This document shows, piece by piece, positions 15,895 through 28,078 of a stretch of DNA of 64,000 nt. The DNA is from Paraspadella gotoi. Taxonomy: Eukaryota > Animalia > Chaetognatha. The notes below the pieces were generated by a model. The model saw nothing but the letters and a program-made list of their open reading frames with translations. It ran no database searches and was not told the origin of the DNA. The number at the start of each line of letters is the position of its first letter. Position 1 is the stretch's first letter. Location: contig CM119267.1 in NCBI GenBank assembly GCA_051294375.1, positions 4,433,070-4,497,069 on the forward strand, in the 5' to 3' direction. A program made the position numbers and the translations under genes.

Positions 15895-16564
15895 TTTTTC
15901 GGGCGATGATCGACTTTTTGAATTTCGATGAAAAAAAGAGGGAAAAAGACTCTTTTCAAACTGAGGGAAGGGGAAAAACAAGTCGTTTTGTTTTGTTTTA
16001 TTTGTATTTATTTTATGTTTTTGTTTACAATTTGTCGTTTCGTTGAAAGAACTTAATGTTTTATTTTTTGTCCTCGACGTAACGTGAATTTTAACTTTCG
16101 TCGAAGGTTCGAGCTCCGGAAGTCTCGCAACGATGCAGTTCGATTTGCGCGTCGATTTGGCGTCGATTGGCTTAAAAATTTAAGCGTCAATTTGACGGCG
16201 TGAATTTTAGCGTCACTTTTTCCAGAAATTTTTTGATTCGTTTCTTGACGTGTGGAAAAAGTCTTGTTTATTTTTTTTTTTCTGTGAGTAAAAGAAATAG
16301 CGAAATAAAAAAAGCCCGATTAACCTGTAACTGTCTAACTTGCCGAAAACATCGGAAAGTTCGAAATCAGCGACGAAAAAAACAAACAAACAAAAAAACC
16401 CGAATCAAAACGAACACGAAACAACTTTTATTTTTCCCTTTTTCCTCTTTTTTTTAAATTTTTTCTTCTTTTGCGACGCGAAAATGAGAGAAAAACAGAC
16501 GCCAGAAAAATTTCTCAGTTTTTCCAATTCGATGCCGACCGTGTGCGATTGCTAGTTGCGACTT

Positions 16565-16595
<31 letters not shown>

Positions 16596-16602
16596 AGAGA
16601 GA

Positions 16603-16653
<51 letters not shown>

Positions 16654-19600
16654 AGAGAAATGATAAAGAACAGATAGAGTGATGTACCCGACGAACATTA
16701 CAGAGCGGACAGAGAGAACGAACGAGACAGAGAAGACTGACGGACAGACTAACCGACAAAATTTTAAATGACAAAATGTTGAAAAAAGCCCAATATACCT
16801 TGAACAGAGACGGACAGCCTCGACGGATGCTAGACGGACGGACAGGCAAAACAGACAGAGAAAGTGTGATGAGAAAAAAACGAGGGTCACGTGACTGTAT
16901 CGTCACGGAGATGCGAGGATTGGGATTAATAGATCGTCGTCGTCGTCGTCGTCGTGACACTCGGGTCCGATTTTTATTAATTTGTCTGGCTCGTCTCTCT
17001 TCGTTTGACCGAGCGGCGATAGACGGCGATGGCTGGCGGCGTCGCGCGGACGTCGCCGGCCGTCGGCGGCGCCGAATTGGCGAGCGATCGAGTGACGGAC
17101 CGAGTATCCGCTCGAACGAGCCCGTGCGCCCCTGAGCGGTGTTTTTATGTTGGTCGCGGAGGACGGAGCTGGCCGCTGATACAGGCGATCTGGTCACGTG
17201 ATCAACCCTTGCACGCGCGCGCCTGATAACATGATGACGAAGGAGTATCGTAAAGGGTCATCGTAATCGTGGTATCGCCAAGATGTGAGACTATGACGAC
17301 GCGATCTAGCACCTGTTGGCGCGTAACGAGGACGTGAGGCGAATGCGATGCGTTACATGAACCAATCACACATTGCAATAAACATGTTTGCACAGTCTTG
17401 ACGCGATCTTCTCAGCACGCACGACTTCTGGGGTCACGTCCCTCCCCGTCCCCATTTCTCCTCACTTCCATTTTCAAGGCTTGGGCTCTCAAACAGGAAT
17501 AGCATTTCCCTGATTCGGATATCGCCCGTCGCTTAAAACAAAAGAGGCCCCGTCCCTCTGCGGCCCGACGATTCCCTAATGTCCGTCCGACGAACCAACG
17601 AACGAAGCGACGGATCTAACTTTTTAACGTAAAAAGAACAAGAAAAAAAACAACATTTTTTTTCTCTTCCAATTGCTTCAACAGAATCCTTCTTGCGTTG
17701 CCGCAAGAGGTTAACACGATCCCTTACAAACATGTAACTAAATCCTGACCTTTCCAATTCAATGCATCGCGTCAACGGGTGTAAGAGCTCTCCATCCTCT
17801 TTGATGCTCCGAGTCTCATCTGTCTCTTTGCTCTTTTTTTGTTCATTCTCGGCTCTCCTCTCGTCTCTCTCTTCAATTATTGTTTCCTCCCTCGTGCCCA
17901 TGCCGTGATGTCGCAGCTCATGTTTGTTATCCTACCCGCTTCTCCTCATTGTTTTAATTGATAAGTGCGCGAGGTCTGGTTGCTCTTTTATTTAACCGGC
18001 CGAGGCTTCCGCTCTAGCGGTTACCAGGCTAAAAACGAAACTTATGCTCCGCGTTGGCATCGGATTAAGACAAAAGACACTTGGGAAGAAAAAGGATTAA
18101 ACTCTTACTCAGTCTTTTCATTGCCTATTATCAGTTAAATAATCATAAATTCTCTCGTTGTTTTATTCACCAATTATAAGCACAGTTCAAGGATTTTTTT
18201 ATGTTTATCCGAGCCATGCGAATTGCGAGGAATTCCACCCCCCCGACTTTGCATTAATGAAATTTGATTCTGATCCCGTCATTTTAAAACTGGACACAGC
18301 TGGTTCTGGCGGTTGAAAAAGGTTCAAACAATTTTTTTTTCCTATCAAATGGCTTTTCCCCTTTTTTTTTCTCGTTGTTATCCAACTATGGTTATAAAAC
18401 TTTGAGTTGTTTCATGCATCATTGCATTTTTTCAGTTTTCTAGAAACAGTGGTCTGACTGAAATACTTTCATGCCGTGGGCAGGCTTTTGAGAAGAGAGA
18501 GAATGAGAGAGAGAGAAGGGAGAGAGAGAGAGACGTAGAGGAAGGAACGAGGAATGAGAGAGAGAGGGAGAGAGAGACGATGGACGAGGACTGTAGAAGT
18601 TAGGAAGTGGGAAGACGAGCAGAGAATGACGGTGCGGCAGATGATTATGAGTATGAAGAGACGGGCGCGGATAAGTCACGGACCATTGGTTTAGACAAAC
18701 AGAATTTTCCTTGGCGGAGCAAAAAAGCGATAAAATAAAACACGAAGTCAACAAGCAGAATTGACGCGTAGGGGGTTGGGGGGGGTCAGAGCATTGGATT
18801 AGTGGGGGAGGTGGGGTAGCGAGGGGGATATGGGGAGTGAAGGAAACTGAAAGATTTGGGGGGGAGCTGGGCCAAGGCGGGGAGGTGGGAGGCGAAAGAG
18901 GGAAGCGAGGAGAATGAGAAGAAAGGAAAAGGAAAGGAGGAATTTTAAAAAAAAGGCCAAAGCGGAGATTAGAAAGGAGTAGGTTTGAGGAAATACATCG
19001 CACTTGAGGTAAGGTTTAGAAAAGGAAATAGAAATATAAGTTAAAGTGACGGAAGGTCAGATGATCTATTGAAAAAATGGGGTAAACGAAAACAGAATGA
19101 TCGCGATTCTTGATACGTGGAAAAGTAGAATATTATGGTAGAAAAGAAAAGAAAAGAAAAGAAAAAGAAAAAAAAAGAAAAGAAAAGAAAAGAAAGAAAG
19201 TAAGAGAAAAGAGAAAACGCAGTCAAACGGAGAAGGAAAGATTCTCGTTCTGGACACATAATCGTTATTGGGACGGGAAATACAGTGCGAAGATGGTTCC
19301 AAACGGGGTTCTAACGGTATCTACGTTGAGTCAGGTAAGTTTTGAGATTTCGCTTCTTTTTTTTTCTTTTTTTAAACGACACAGAATTTGAACTGAACAC
19401 TGAAAGCCTTAATTTTTCGGTATTTGTTTGGTTAAGAATAACTTTGCGTGTTGCCTCTGTGAGAGAAGCCAGGTTTTTGATTCGGATTTCATCAAAATTC
19501 GGGAACAATCGCGTCATTGGGAGTCGCGGACTCGAAAAACGAAGGGACTGAAACAACATTGCTCAAATCTTTTAGATTCGTTATAAGTTACATTAGTAAA

Positions 19601-19756
19601 AAGAAACGGATTTTAAAACTGAACAAACAAAACTTCGCAACAAGGTTTAGATTTTAGGGAATTCGACGACGTACGACGAGAGCAACGGAGACGCGGAAAG
19701 CACGCAGCTCCGTCAAATGATCGAATCGCTTATCTCTCTCTCTCTCTCCTCCGTCT

Positions 19757-19787
<31 letters not shown>

Positions 19788-20795
19788 GTCTCTCTCTCTC
19801 TCTCTCTCATCTCTCGTCTCGTTCGTCTCTCTCTCTCTCGCGACGAATTGAAATTCGCAAACTGGCGGCAGAGGGAAGGGGGTCGTACATATGTGAGTGG
19901 ACGAAAGGTGGGGGGAGCGGCGCGGGGGGGGTGTTGAGTTTTTCCGCCATATTTGAAACAATATAGGAAGAGGGCGTAGAAAGGGGTTTAGCGTCCCGAA
20001 TATGGATTAATCCATCAAGAGCGAGGATTTCTTGTCTCCTTCCCTGTCCATGTTTTTTTTTTGGAGACGTGGGTTTTTTTCTGATTTTGTTGTTTTATCT
20101 AATGTCTTTGACGTGTATTTGGTAAGAATGTTTATATTATTACGAAGACAATTAGGCAATGAAAAGCTAAAATAATATAAAAAACATAAATATGATTGTG
20201 CAAAACAGCATCGCCAGTTACCAGTAGCCAGCCAGCCAGCCACTTCCTTCTTTTCCGAAACGTTCACAGCACGCTATTTTAAGAAAAATTGTAAAACAAT
20301 TTTCGAGCTCTAATTTTTTCCAGAGCGCCCCATTTCTCTAGTTTTCTAATCCCAAAACCCTGATCTAATCCTAAACCTTAATCCTCATCACATTAAGAAT
20401 GAATGGGGTATTTAGGGAAAACAAGGCCCGATCGTTCAAACTTCCTCCGCCGTTGAGAATGACTCAAATGACCCAAAAGCGAAAAAGGTCGTTGAGAAAA
20501 ACGATCTGGACTGATTCCAACAGTTGCAACATTTGAAGTTAGTTTCCTCTCGCATGTCATCAATGACGTCGAGGATTCGTCGTCCGTTGTCGTCGTCTTG
20601 TCATCGTCCGTCGTCCCCGTGTTCAATACGCAGACCAAGATACAAACGCATTTGTCATCTCTCATCAAATGGGCATCGGCAGTGAGCAACAAGACAGGAG
20701 ACTCTCTCTACTCTCTCTCTCGTCCTCTTCTCTTCTTCTCCTCTGCTCGTCCTCTCTCTCTCTCTCTCTTCTCTCTGCCTTTTTCCTCTTCATTG
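16565..20795 (+). repeat. left arm of large inverted duplication
   Basis: Colinear reverse-complement similarity to 22913-28076. Examples: 16670 atgataaagaacagatagagtgatgtac vs ~27976 gtacatcactctatctgttcttttatcat, and ~20404 tggggtatttagggaaaacaaggcccgatcgttcaaacttcc vs ~23185 ggaagtttgaacgatcgggccttgttttccctaaatacccca. Confidence 0.92.
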
Positions 20796-21127
20796 NNNNN
20801 NNNNNNNNNNNNNNNNNNNNACGACGACGACGACCGACGCGTTACTGAAAAGAAATTCTAAGAAGGAAGAGAAAGGAAAAGAAAAGAAACAAAAAAAATT
20901 ATTTCATTACAAATTTTTCTTAAAAATTATTCTTTCACTTGTTTCAGCCATGAAGGTCAAATTATAATATCAACAATTGAAATTAAATTTCTTCAAATTT
21001 GACAAATATGGAATATAAACCAGATGGACCGACCGACCAGGGTAGCATCTAGTATAAAAAACGTCGGCAAGTTTCGTTTGATCTTATCTCACCCCTTCGT
21101 CTTATCTTACTGACAACTCGAATGACT

Positions 21128-21178
<51 letters not shown>

Positions 21179-22912
21179 AAAATCGATTCGTCTTTCTGAA
21201 AAGAAAAGAAATAATTAAACAAATTACTAGAATAATTTTTATGCGATTTGAAAATAAACGTTCTTCTTAAAATTAAACTATATTGTCTTGCAGAACTGTT
21301 TTTATATTCAAATTATTATCGTTTCTGATGATTTTCTTTATTATAGGTATAGTACTAAACTCATTGTAAATACTATGACTATTATAGTTGAACTGTAAAA
21401 TTCGACTCTGCAATTAAAGTATTTAATATCGATAATTGTGTACCGTAAAGTTATTAATTATAATTATAGCAGATAGGCATTAGACCTGCATAGCAAAATA
21501 CACCGCGCGTTCGAGAACGATAAAGAAAGTATTACAGAATCTTCTTTTGATTCTTTCCTCCAAAAGTCTTTGCGTCAAAATTAGAGGCGAAAAATCAAAT
21601 TAAGGGCGATCTCAGCCGAGGTGGGGGTAGCTTGGTGGCCGCTCGCTCGGAGGAGGTGCAACCGAAGATTGTGGCGGCGNNNNNNNNNNNNNNNNNNNNN
21701 NNNNNNNNNNNNNNNNNNNNNNNNNNNNNNNNNNNNNNNNNNNNNNNNNNNNNNNNNNNNNNNNNNNNNNNNNNNNNNNNNNNNNNNNNNNNNNNNNNNN
21801 NNNNNNNNNNNNNNNNNNNNNNNNNNNNNNNNNNNNNNNNNNNNNNNNNNNNNNNNNNNNNNNNNNNNNNNNNNNNNNNNNNNNNNNNNNNNNNNNNNNN
21901 NNNNNNNNNNNNNNNNNNNNNNNNNNNNNNNNNNNNNNNNNNNNCATTTTTGACGGATTTTTCGCTGCTTGAGTTATTTTCAAAATTTTAGGAATGAAAA
22001 GAAATGAGACAGGTAAAGAAAAGCCCATAAAAAATTAATTAAAATCCGAAACAAAACTGTTATTATATTACTAACTACTAAGCGACAATAAATTGACTAT
22101 ATTATCTTATCTGTTTTTTTCTTTTTCGTCATCTCCCCTCCCAAAATGGATTGTCAGACATAAAGTATCAATCACGTTGGATGATTTATAGGATTTAAAT
22201 TGACCTCATATCAACGAATCAACGTCGTCGTTGTCGTCGTCGTCGTCGNNNNNNNNNNCGTCGTCGTCGTCGTCGTCGTCGTCGTCCCATCCTTGCCTAA
22301 GGAAATGAATTCGTTTTCCGATGGAATTCGATCCATGATCGATGCAATCGGTTTCCATGGAAACGTCGACTGCGATTAAAAACTAGAAGCGTTCTCTCCG
22401 AAAGTTCCAGGGTTCGAGGCAGCAACGTTCGATTTTCTTTTTTCAAAAAATGTTATTCCTAATTAATTGGAAAGTACGTATGTTGGAAAATGAATAAGAA
22501 TAATTTAGTTTCAATGACAATGACTTTCGTAGCTTTTAATACAAAGATATAAAAAAGTACTGTATTTGTACGTAATAGTAATACTAAAAGTAAATGAGGC
22601 TTGGTTCCAGACACAGAGGCTATGTTATTAACAAGTCTGGGTTTCTTGTTTTAGCACTTTATTAAAACAGTTATATTTTACCATTAACAAATATTAACAA
22701 CAGCGCCGAGGAAGACGACCGCCTCTAAAAAAAAANNNNNNNNNNNNNNNNNNNNNNNNNNNNNNNNNNNNNNNNNNNNNNNNNNNNNNNNNNNNNNNNN
22801 NNNNNNNNNNNNNNNNNNNNNNNNNNNNNNNNNNNNNNNNNNNNNNNNNNNNNNNNNNNNNNNNNNNNNNNNNNNNNNNNNNNNNNNNNNNNNNNNNNNN
22901 NNNNNNNNNNNN

Positions 22913-22943
<31 letters not shown>

Positions 22944-25588
22944 TCCTGTCTGTTGCTCACTGCGATGCCCATTGATGAGAGATGACAAATGGTTTGTATC
23001 TTGTCTGGATGAACACGGGGACGACGACGATGACAACGACGACGACAACGACGACGAATCCTCGACGTCATTGATGACATTGCGAAGAGGAAACGAACTT
23101 CAAATGTTTGCCAACTGTTGGAATCAGTCAGATCTTTTCTCAAACGACCTTTTTCGCTTGGGTCATTTGAGTCATTCTCAACGCGGAAGTTTGAACGATC
23201 GGGCCTTGTTTTCCCTAAATACCCCATTTCATCTTTAATGTGGATTGAGGATTAAGGTTTAGGATTAGATCAGGGTTTTGGATTAGAAACAGAAATGGGG
23301 CGCTCTGGAAAAATAGAGCCGAAAATTGTACATTTTCTTAAAATTAGCGCTGCTGTGAACGTTTCGGAAAAGAAGGAAGTGGCTGGCTGGCTGGCTACTG
23401 GTAACTGGCGATGCTGTTTTGCACAATATATTTATTTGTTTTTATATTATTTTAGCTTTCATTGCTAATTGTCTCGTAATAATAATAAACATTCTTACCA
23501 ACGTCAAAGACATTAATAAACAACAAACTCAGAAAAAACCCACGTCTCCAAAAAAAAAAATTGGACAGGGANNNNNNNNNNNNNNNNNNNNNNNNNNNNN
23601 NNNNNNNNNNNNNNNNNNNNNNNNNNNNNNNNNNNNNNNNNNNNNNNNNNNNNNNNNNNNNNNNNNNNNNNNNNNNNNNNNNNNNNNNNNNNNNNNNNNN
23701 NNNNNNNNNNNNNNNNNNNNNNNNNNNNNNNNNNNNNNNNNNNNNNNNNNNNNNNNNNNNNNNNNNNNNNNNNNNNNNNNNNNNNNNNNNNNNNNNNNNN
23801 NNNNNNNNNNNNNNNNNNNNNNNNNNNNNNNNNNNNNNNNNNNNNNNNNNNNNNNNNNNGACATTTGACGAGTGCGTGCTTTCCGCGTCGTCTGCTCTCG
23901 TCGTCGTCGTCGATTCTAAACTAAACTGTTGCAAGTTTTGTTTGTTCAGTTTAAAATCGTTTTATTTTACTAATGTAACTTTAACGAATCAAAAGTTAGA
24001 TTGTTTCAGCCTTCGTTTTTCAGTCGCGCTCACCAATGACCCGATTGTCCCCGAATTTCTGATAAATCCGAATCAAACCTGGCTTCTCTCACAGAAGCCA
24101 ACAGCAAAGTATTCTTAACCAAACAAACGAAAAATTAAGTTCAGTTCAGTTCAAATCTGGTTCGTTTAAAAAAAGAAAAAAAAAAGAAGCGAAATTCTCA
24201 AAACTGTTAGAACCGTTAGAACCCCGTTGGAACCATTTCGCACTGTATTTCCCGTCCCATAACGATTATGTGTCAGAACGAGAATCTTCCTTCTCCGTTT
24301 GACTGCGTTTTCTCTTTTCTCTTTACTTTTCTTTTCTTTTCTTTTCTTTTCTTTTCTTTTCTTTTCTTTTCTTTTCTTTTCTACCATTAATTTTTTTTCA
24401 CGACAAATATTTTTTCGTTTCCCCATTTTTTCAATAGATCATCTGACCTTCCGTCACTTTAACTTATTTTCTATTTCCTTTTCTAAACCTTACCTCAAGC
24501 TGCGAGTGCTATTCTCCTCAAACCTACCTCCTTTTTCTAATCTCCGCTTTGGCCTTTTAAAATCTCCTTTTCCTTTTCCTTTTCTTCTTCATCTCTCTCG
24601 CTTTCCTCTTTTCGCTCTCCCACCGTCGTCGTCGATTGCGTAAACTAAACCTGTTGCAAAGTTTTTAGTTTTGTTCTATTAAAATCGTTTTATTTTACAT
24701 AATGTAACTTTACAGATGAAAAGTTTACAGTAGTCAACAGGCAAAGATATTCTAACCAAAAAACGAAAATTAAGTTCAGTCATTCAAATCTGGTTCGTAT
24801 TAACAAAAAAAAAAAAAAGAAGCGAAAATTCTCAAACTGTTAGAAACCGTTAGAACACCGTTGGAAGCCATTTCGCACTGCTACCTTCCGTCCATAACGA
24901 TTATGTGTCGAACGAGAATCATTCCTCTACTTCTCAGTTTGAACCTGCGTATATTTCTCTATTTCTCTTCTCTTCTCCTCTCTTTATCTTTCTTTGTCTT
25001 TTCTTTTTTCTTCGTGCAGACGATAATTTTCCTAAATGAGATAAGCATTTATCTTTAAATAATCAAGAAAAACTTGCATTTTTTTCCATTATGTAAAAAG
25101 AGATAAAAAATTTCTAATACACCGGACAATAACGAAAATTTTTCAAAGAAAAAAGAAATAAAACGTGTAAATACTTTTTTTTCTGCAATTAATTTTTCAT
25201 TCATTGATTGTATTTGTTAATATATTTGGGTGATGTGTTCGTTTAATATTTTATCTTTTTTATCAAAAACCAATTACAAATTTTCCTTTTCTTCTTTTAT
25301 TTTTATGTCTCTCTTCTCTCTTTTCGTTTTTTTCTCTTCCTTTTTCCTTTTTTCTTTTGTCTCTTTTCTTTTCCTTTTCTTTTTTTTCTTTTTTTTTTTT
25401 TTCTTTTTTTTCTTTTTTCTCTTTATTAATTTTATTTATGTAGCTTTTCTTTACTTCTTCATTAGATAATATTATTTATTTTTTTTCTTGTTATAATCAT
25501 CCAGAAATACGACTTTTTCTCTGTAAAAACATTGATATGATAAACTTTAAAAAGTTAACAAAATTTGCTGTATTTGTTTTTTTTTTCT

Positions 25589-25626
<38 letters not shown>

Positions 25627-27993
25627 CTTTTCTTTCTTTTTCTTCTTTTCTTTTCCCTTTTCTTTCCATTCCTTTAATTTCCAGGAAAATATTTTTTCGG
25701 TTTCCCCATTTTTTCATAGAATCATCTGGGGACCTGGAAGCAGCATGATCCACTCTTAAAACTGTATTTATCTTATTTCCTTTTCTTATACCTTTGTGTT
25801 GGATTGTGTCACCTCAGCTCGAGTGGCTATCTTCAACACTACCTCCTTTGTCTAAAATCTCCGGCTCTTGGGGCTTTTAAAAATCTCCTTTTCTTTTCCT
25901 TTTTTTCTTCATCTCTCTTCGGGGCTTCCACTCTTTTCACTCTCCCAACCATCCCCTGGCCTTTGGGTTTCGCCAGCTCCCCCTGCCCAATCTTCAGTTC
26001 ATATGCACTCCCATAATTCACCCCTCGGCACCTCACTCCCCCACTACCGCAATGCTCGACCCCCACCCTCTCTAACGCAGTCAATTTTCTTGTTGACTTC
26101 GTGGTTTATTTTAATCGCTTTTGCTCCGCGCGAAGGAGAAAATTGCTTGGTTTGTCAATAAATCACAAGGCGTTGAGTTCTCAAAATCAATCGGCAGGTC
26201 TCTCTCTCTCTCTTCAGTCTCTTCTCCTCTCTCTCTCTCTCTCTGCTCTCTCTCTCTCTCATCTCTCAAGATCTCCCCTTTCAAAATCATCTCTCTCTAT
26301 CTTCTCAAAAAGCCCACGAAGNNNNNNNNNNNNNNNNNNNNNNNNNTAAAGTTTGACCACTTTTTTTAGAAAATGAAAAAAGCAAATGAAAACAAGTTTT
26401 ATAACATTTAGTTGGATAAAACTAGAAAAAAAAAGGGGGAAAAAGCATTGATAGGAAAAAAAAATTGTTTGAATCCTTTTCAACCGCAGACTTTTTATTG
26501 GAAAACCAGCTGGGGTCCAGTTTTAAATGACGGATCAGAATCAAATCAATTAATCTAAAGTCGGGGGGGGGGAATCCTCGCAATCGCATTGGCTCGGATA
26601 AAATTAAATAAAATCCTTGAACTGGCTTATAATTGGTGAATAAATAAACGAAGAGAATTTATGATTATTAATGATAATAGCAATGAAAAGACTGAAGAGT
26701 AATCCTTTTTCTTCCCAAGTGTCTTTTGTCTTAATCCGATGCTCGAACGCGGAGCATAAGTTTCGTTTTAGCCGGTACCGCTAGAGCGGAAGCCTCGCCG
26801 TTAAATAAAAGAGCAACAGACCTCGCGCTATTTTAATCAATAAAACAATGAGAAGGGGAAAAATGGCTCGAAACGGAGAGGGAGGAAAATAATGAAAGAG
26901 AGAGAGAGAGAGAGAAAAAAAAGAAAGAGACAGAGAGAGTGAGTGAGAGAGAGAGAGAGAGCTCTACACCCGACGGTGCATTTGAATGGAAAGGCAGGAT
27001 TTAGTTGACATGTTGAAGGATGTGTTATTGGCAAAAAGGATTTGAAATGTGGAAAGAGAAAAAAAAGTTTGTTTTTTTTTTGTTCTTTTTAGTTAAAAAG
27101 TTAGATCCGTCGCTTCGTCTTTTGTTTGTGTTTTCGTCGGACGGACATTAGGGAATCGTCGGGCCGCCAGAGGGACGGGCTCTTTTGTTTTTTAAGCGGG
27201 AATCCGAATTCAGGGAAATGTATTCCGTTTTGAGGAAGGTGACATTTAGCGTTGAAAATGGAAGGGTGAGGAGAAATGGGGACGGAGGGACGTGGACCCA
27301 GAGTCGTGCGTTGCTTGAGAAGATCGCGTCAAGACTTTGCAATTGTTATTGCATTGTTTATTGCAATGTGTGATTTGTTCATGTAACGCATCGCATTCCG
27401 CCCTCCAAGTCCCTCGTACGCGCAACAGGTGCTAGATCGAGTCGCGAACCACGATTACGACGCCTGACGATACTTCCTTCGTCTCTGGTTATCAGGCGCG
27501 CGCGTTGATCACGTGACCAGACGCCTTATCAACTAAATCGTCCTCGACAAATAAAAATCGTTCAGCGGGCGGTCACGACGTATCGTCGCCAATGACGCCG
27601 CCGACGCCGGCGACGTCGCCGCCGACGCCGCCCAGCCATCGCCGCTATCGCCGCTCGGTCAAACGAAGAGACGAGCAGACAAATTAATAAAAATCGGACC
27701 GAGTGTCACGACGACGACGACGACGACGACGACGACTATTTAATCCAATCCTTCGCATCTCCGTGACGATACAGTCACGTGACCCTCCGTTTTTTTTTCT
27801 CATCACACGTTTCTCTGTCTGTTTGTCTGTCCGTCCGACAGTCCGTCGAGGCTGTCCGTCTCTGTCAAGCTATATTGCTCTCTTTTCGGCTTTTTCAACA
27901 TTTTGTTTCATTTAATATTTGTCGGTCAGTCTGTCCGTCTTTTTTAAGAGAACCTGTAATGTTCGTCGGTACATCACTCTATCTGTTCTTTTA

Positions 27994-28076
<83 letters not shown>
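22913..28076 (-). repeat. right arm of large inverted duplication, with an internal re-duplication and gaps
   Basis: Mirror of 16565-20795 with many 1-3 nt indels. The segment starting near 23900 recurs at 24624 (gtcgtcgtcgatt..taaactaaac..tgttgcaa). Confidence 0.9.

Positions 28077-28078
<2 letters not shown>

Noticed and set aside
20360-20390. Telomere-like ctaatcctaaaccttaatcct (also ttaaccttaacc at ~30542)
   Set aside because: Only 2-4 degenerate units, not an array.
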